Shown here: positions 59,154 through 64,000 of the stretch, one piece after another
Numbering within the stretch: position 1 is the stretch's first letter
How the letters are laid out: each line of letters opens with the position of its first letter
Virus record (IMG/VR): IMGVR_UViG_3300028242_000036
Location: 8,222 to 72,221 of that record
DNA: 64,000 bases
DNA from: a virus
Taxonomy: Duplodnaviria > Caudoviricetes
Direction: 5' to 3' (one strand)
Made by a program: the position numbers and the translations under genes
The notes under the pieces: model-generated
Told to the model about the DNA's origin: nothing
The model's database searches: none
What the model saw: the letters and a program-made list of their open reading frames with translations, nothing else

Positions 59154-59257
59154 ACTTAAACCCCTCTCATTTTGGCTATTTCTTAATATTATTATATGAT
59201 GTAATTTTTCTATTGTCAATATAAATTCTGATAATAATTTTATTTTATTTCCTACTA

Positions 59258-59396
59258 ATATTTTACCATTTTATTATTTTACCGTTTTAATTTCTGCAAA
59301 CTAATATTTTACCGTTTGATATTTTACCATTCTTCTGTTGATATTATTTTACCGTTCTAATTTTTCTTATTTTACCATTACTATTATTTTACCGTT
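59258..59396 (+). repeat. ATTTTACCGTT repeat block 4 (~7 copies)
   Basis: Direct co-oriented copies. Confidence 0.9.
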
Positions 59397-59777
59397 TTCT
59401 TTCTGTTGACTAATAAAAAGCACCAACATTTTTTCTGTCGGTGCTTTATTATTTCAGTTTAATATTATATTGTTTTTCTGCAAACTCCCTCTTTCTTCTT
59501 CAACCTCTCTGTCATTGTCACAACTGCAATAAAATTTTCCGTCTATGTACAGATAATATACTCCCCTCTCTCGTCTGATTTCTAACATTTTAAATCACTC
59601 CTTAATAAGAATAGTATTGTTTGTTATCTCTTAATTCTTCTATTAAATCTAAAACATCATTCAAGCGAACAGATTGAATATCACTAACTCCTACCCAATC
59701 ATTCGGTATATATGCCTTTTCTTTTATTGCTTCAATCAACTGATTTACATTTTCTTCTGTCATTTTTATTTACTCCT

Positions 59778-60056
59778 TTAAAGTGTTTTAATAATTTCTA
59801 TTTCTTTGCTCCATATCCATTCTTCTTTGGGGATGGGTGGATAAGTTTTTTCGTCTTCTTTGTAAGAGAGTTCTAAAGTTTCCAGCCAGTCTTTAAGTAA
59901 CTCGGTAGGCGTATCGTATTCAAAAACATCGACACCGTTGTCGATACAATACTGTCCCTTCTTATTTACAAAGAAATCACCATACCAATTACCAATATCT
60001 TTACAAAGTTTAATTAAATCAATCTTTTCACCATTAAATATAATTTCTTTTTTCAT
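59778..60056 (-). CDS. Hypothetical protein
   Basis: Start MKKE after GGAGG. Confidence 0.6.
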   Translation of the reverse strand: MKKEIIFNGEKIDLIKLCKDIGNWYGDFFVNKKGQYCIDNGVDVFEYDTPTELLKDWLETLELSYKEDEKTYPPIPKEEWIWSKEIEIIKTL

Positions 60057-60071
60057 TTTTCTGTCCTCCAT

Positions 60072-60347
60072 TTAATTATATATTTTGTCTAACTCTGTTA
60101 ATATTCTTGTTACTTCTCTGTCCTGCTCTGTCATTTCAATATGCTCTGTATTTTCCTGCCATCTTTTCAATGCCGTTGTAACTCCATCGGATAAATAATA
60201 GCCTACAATTTCTTCTGCATTTGCCGTTTCATCAAATACCATAGTACAAACATAATCAATATTCTGCACATCTGCCTCCTTTAATGCTCTGTAAATTGCA
60301 TCCATTGTGTTTTCATATTTCTGCTGATAATATGTTATATCCTTCAT
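60072..60347 (-). CDS. Hypothetical protein
   Basis: GGAGG RBS. Confidence 0.6.
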   Translation of the reverse strand: MKDITYYQQKYENTMDAIYRALKEADVQNIDYVCTMVFDETANAEEIVGYYLSDGVTTALKRWQENTEHIEMTEQDREVTRILTELDKIYN

Positions 60348-60363
60348 TTTTCTGCCCTCCTTA

Positions 60364-60726
60364 TTAATAATTGTTATCTAAAAGTTTATAAACTTCTAAC
60401 AGTTCTTTAATGTTTTCCTGCTCGTAAAATTCTCTGATAACTGCATCTCTTTTTTCTGCTGATAATCTCTTAATGTCATTATCTGCTTTGTATACTGCAA
60501 TATAATCTGCTTCGTTAACTTCGATAATATTGCTGATACATCTTTTCATAACTGTTTGGTATCTGTAACACTCCCAAGTTCTGTTGAGATAGTGACAACT
60601 TGCTCTGCCGTGTTTTCTGCCATCAATAAACAGTGTTGTATCGTGTGCAAATCCGTTTCGGGTGTTTCTGCTCTCGTTGATAAATTCGTATTCATTGCCG
60701 TTAATGTTGATTTTTCTAATTGTCAT
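60364..60726 (-). CDS. Hypothetical phage protein
   Basis: RNTRNGFAHD...YLNRTWE.Y.YQTV. Confidence 0.7.
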   Translation of the reverse strand: MTIRKININGNEYEFINESRNTRNGFAHDTTLFIDGRKHGRASCHYLNRTWECYRYQTVMKRCISNIIEVNEADYIAVYKADNDIKRLSAEKRDAVIREFYEQENIKELLEVYKLLDNNY

Positions 60727-61389
60727 AATTAAAACTCCTTTAATATTTTATTTATATTATTTTATATTCTTATTTACTTCTGCCGTTGCATCTGCTTTTA
60801 TTGTATCTTTTATTTCTGTGATTTCTTTCTCTTCTCTCTTCTAATGCCACTAATTTATCCTCGAAAATTATTGCAAATACAATGAGAGTTAATACAGTAA
60901 AAAAGAAAACTGAAAAACTTTCTAAACTATTAAACATTTTTTACACCTCTTTTCTGTCGGCTCTGCCGTTCTCTGTGATTATATGTTATCATAATTTTCT
61001 GTCAATTTCCATTCGCAAATTGCACAAATTTTATTTTATTCCTTTGTGCAATTTGTTAGTTTTCTGTCTGCTGACTATAATATTCTATTAAAAGCATTAT
61101 AGCGTTCTCGTCAAGGTTTATACTGTTTGTGTTGTCTCCTTTAAGTCTGCATAAATAATAATCATTCTGCTTCATTCCGTTTAACATTTCTGTTAAAATC
61201 TGCACTTTGTAATTATCCATTGTGTAGCCTCCATTTAAAATAGTATTTTTGTTTTCTGCAACCTTTTCGATTACACCCTTATTCTACCATATAATTTTTA
61301 CATTGTCAATGTAAAATATGCACAAAGTTTCTGTTAATTTTATTATATATTTTTGTGTAACCTGCACAACGATTTTCTGCCGTGATTAT

Positions 61390-61819
61390 ATTATTTTACC
61401 GTTTCAATTCTTCTGTGACTCCAACGGCTATTATTTTACCGTTTCAATTATTATATTTTATTATTTTACCGTTGCTAAAACTCCTATAATTATTTTACCG
61501 TTACTATTATTTTACCGTTACTATTATGTTACCGTTACTATTATGTTACCGTTACTATTATGTTACCGTTTTAAAAATTCCCTCCCTGCATCATTTAATA
61601 TTTTACCGTTTATATTCTGTATTCTGTTATTTTACCGTTTTAATTATCCTTTAATTATTATTTTACCGTTCTATTATTTTACCGTTTGGATTATAATATT
61701 TTACGGTTTCTGTTATTTTACCGTTGATACTATTATTATTTTACCGTTTTAAATTTCCTTTACTCCCCTGCTTATTATTTTACGGTTTCAAAAATGCTAT
61801 TACTAATATTTTACCGTTT
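61390..61819 (+). repeat. ATTTTACCGTT repeat block 5 (~17 copies, incl. 17-bp tandem CTATTATGTTACCGTTA)
   Basis: Direct co-oriented copies; near-perfect tandem at 61504-61570. Confidence 0.92.
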
Positions 61820-61856
61820 AAAAATAAAAAAATAATAAAAAAAGAAGATTGATTTC

Positions 61857-62174
61857 TCAACCTTCAATTAATTCACTTTCAAGTTCTGCAACTTCAAGCA
61901 CTACGCTTTCTTGGTTCAAAATTTTTCTTAATTCCTTGGCTATGGCTGATGCCGTTGATTTTTCTATAAAAAGCATTTCAATTTTTATACTATTTTCTAT
62001 TACTATTTCGCCGTTGTTGTGTGTGTAAAATCCTTTGGCTTCTGTAAGTGTTGCCCCTTCGATGCCGTTATTTAATAAAGTTTTAAAAATGATGTTGTAT
62101 GCCTTTTCTGTGCTGATTTCTTGTTTTTTAGTTTCCTTATCGTTTAATCCTACAATTACAGTAAATTTTAACAT
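61857..62174 (-). CDS. DUF3574/PII-like small protein
   Basis: VGLNDK, GATLTEAKGFY, ENSIKIE, LNQESV. Confidence 0.55.
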   Translation of the reverse strand: MLKFTVIVGLNDKETKKQEISTEKAYNIIFKTLLNNGIEGATLTEAKGFYTHNNGEIVIENSIKIEMLFIEKSTASAIAKELRKILNQESVVLEVAELESELIEG

Positions 62175-62295
62175 TTCAAAAACTCCTTTAAAAATTATTT
62201 TGTTTCCGTGTTTCTATGGTTAAATTATATCAAATCATTTTTGCATTGTCAATATAAAAATTGCATAAAGATATTATAATTTTATTGTGTTTTTC

Positions 62296-62310
62296 TGTGC
62301 ATATTGTACA
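62296..62310. promoter_or_regulatory. Palindromic operator-like site
   Basis: TGTGCA-TAT-TGTACA upstream of the promoter at 62225-62252. Confidence 0.55.
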
Positions 62311-62375
62311 ATAATTTTCTGCGATTATTTTTCTGTTATCCTTCCTTGACAACTATTAAATTATTTTGTTGTTAG

Positions 62376-62789
62376 TTATTTTACCGTTTACTTTTTTCTG
62401 TTGTGTTTATACTATTATTTTACCGTTTAAAAATTAAACTTCTGCGACTTTATAATTATTTTACCGTTTTGTTCTGTTATGTTTTTATTTTACCGTTCAC
62501 TTTCTGTTGCTCCAACTGATTATTTATTATTTTACGGTTTAATTTTGTGCTACTATTATTTTACGGTTTAAATATTTTACCGTTTTATTATTTCAATCAT
62601 TATTATTTTACCGTTCAAGTTTTTAAATTATTATTTTACGGTTTCGGCTTTCTCTGATTTTCTAATATTAAATATTTTACCGTTTAATTTTATTGATACA
62701 CCTGCTACAAATATTTTACCGTTTAATTTTATTATTTATTATTTTACCGTTTCTGTTTTGCCGATGTACCAATAAATATTTTACCGTTC
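62376..62789 (+). repeat. ATTTTACCGTT repeat block 6 (~13 copies)
   Basis: Direct co-oriented copies. Confidence 0.92.
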
Positions 62790-62829
62790 TAAAAATAAAA
62801 AACAAAAAATTAAAGAGGCTTTCGCCTCC

Positions 62830-63108
62830 TTAATTTAAATAATCTTTTATTATCTGTGCTTTGCTTTCTGCCTTGAATCCGTTCTGCTTCAAAAATTCTT
62901 TGATGTGGCGAAGGGTTGTTGCTGAATATGTGCCGTAAATGATTGCGTATGCTGGGATACTGTAACCGTGATTTTTGTTAACTATTTTTGCGACTTCGGT
63001 TTCATAACTAATAAGTGTTAAACCGTCTCGGTCTGTTCTGATGTGTGCTTTACCGTAAAAAGATTGTCTGCCGTCATAGATTGCTTTTAATTCTGTGTAG
63101 TTTGTCAT
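62830..63108 (-). CDS. Hypothetical phage protein
   Basis: DGRQSFYGKA, LISYET.VA, SATTLRHIKEFL.Q. Confidence 0.75.
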   Translation of the reverse strand: MTNYTELKAIYDGRQSFYGKAHIRTDRDGLTLISYETEVAKIVNKNHGYSIPAYAIIYGTYSATTLRHIKEFLKQNGFKAESKAQIIKDYLN

Positions 63109-63244
63109 TGTTAAAACTCCTTAATATTATATTGTTTTTCTGTCGTGGCTCTCTGTCCTTTTGACACACATATAATATCACATTGACAATATAAAAATCT
63201 ATTCGCATAATGCACAAGATTTATTTTATTTTTCTGCGATGCTT

Positions 63245-63259
63245 TGTGCAATATGTATA
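63245..63259. promoter_or_regulatory. Palindromic operator-like site
   Basis: TGTGCA-ATA-TGTATA. Confidence 0.5.
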
Positions 63260-63312
63260 ATTTTTCTGTGGCTCTGCTTTTCTGCCGTGGCTCTGTCCTG
63301 CTTGGCGATTAT

Positions 63313-63681
63313 ATTATTTTACCGTTTAAAAATCTTTCTGTTACTTATTATATTATTTTACCGTTCTGTTTTCTGTGGCTCTGTGGTTATAAATATTTTA
63401 CCGTTTATATTTTATTATTTTTCTGTCGTTTGTTTTCCTGCTGACCTTATTATATTATTTTACCGTTTTAATTTTCTGCCGTTCTTCCTGCTGGCGTTGG
63501 TTTCCTGCTGATACTATTATTTTACCGTTCAATATTTTTCTGTTGTGCTATTATTTAATATTTTACCGTTTATTATTTCTGTTGTTCCTGCCGTTATTAT
63601 TTTACGGTTTTAATTTCTTCTGTTGTTCTTCTGCTGATATTTTACCGTTTGTTTTTCTGTTGTTATAATATTTTACCGTTT
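63313..63681 (+). repeat. ATTTTACCGTT repeat block 7 (~9 copies, interspersed with TCTGTT/TCTGCC)
   Basis: Direct co-oriented copies. Confidence 0.9.
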
Positions 63682-63737
63682 CAAAATAAAAAAGCGTAAA
63701 AAATAAGGTGCATTTCTGCACCTTTAAATTATTTATT

Positions 63738-63965
63738 TTATATTATTAACTTTGTGCAAGTTCCTTTTTTTGATTTTACAATAATTTTTTTATCTAACAT
63801 AGATTTGTAAACTTTATTTACTGTGCGAAGTTCCTCTGCCGTTAAAATAAGTCTGCAACTGTTGTCCCACGCTCTTTTGTTCCAAATTGCTTGCGAAAGA
63901 ATATTTAAAACAATATCATTTTCTACATATCCATTCATTTCTCTTACTTCTCCAAAATATCGCAA
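63738..63965 (-). CDS. Hypothetical protein; start uncertain
   Basis: ORF at window end. Confidence 0.45.
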   Translation of the reverse strand: MRYFGEVREMNGYVENDIVLNILSQAIWNKRAWDNSCRLILTAEELRTVNKVYKSMLDKKIIVKSKKGTCTKLII

Positions 63966-64000
63966 CTGTTCAATTATATATTTTTCTTTTTCTGCTTTTG

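Noticed and set aside
61318-61752. 144-aa plus-strand ORF (also 63239-63511 minus and 63244-63444 plus)
   Set aside because: These are translations of the repeat arrays (IILPF/YYFTV periodicity) with no RBS.
52533-63681. Repeat blocks as CRISPR arrays
   Set aside because: The unit is only 11-13 bp, spacing is irregular, spacers are low-complexity AT, and there are no cas genes.

Overview
AT-rich segment of a large, probably temperate (SPbeta-like) phage of a Firmicutes/Clostridia host. Essentially all credible genes are on the minus strand; the plus-strand ORFs in the track look like shadows. Left half: nucleotide metabolism and replication (ATP-dependent ligase, dUTPase, class III RNR with NrdG, glutaredoxin and an FTR-like protein, ThyX-like, RecD2, DnaE, primase, DnaB, Sak4-like ATPase, SSB-like), a GroEL/GroES pair, a candidate DNA-modification cluster and RNA end-healing/sealing enzymes. 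At 39.4-41.7 kb is a non-coding island with 7 tRNAs, one aberrant tRNA, and eight copies of a covarying terminal stem carrying an invariant ACAGCAA motif. The copies enclose different cargo: three canonical anticodon stem-loops (Ser-GCU, Ser-UGA, Lys-UUU) and two circularly permuted tRNAs. The island lies directly upstream of a TROVE/Ro60-like vWA (DUF2828-type) gene. This Y-RNA-like 'modular tRNA-decoy' family is the best candidate novel system. The right third has an apparently catalytically dead tyrosine-recombinase-fold gene plus a DndB/ParB-like gene (SPbeta repressor-like), many short genes with sigma-A promoters, a recurrent palindromic operator, about 68 co-oriented ATTTTACCGTT repeats in seven intergenic blocks, and a strong strand-biased TCTG enrichment. 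All calls are from motif recognition by eye; no database searches were run.
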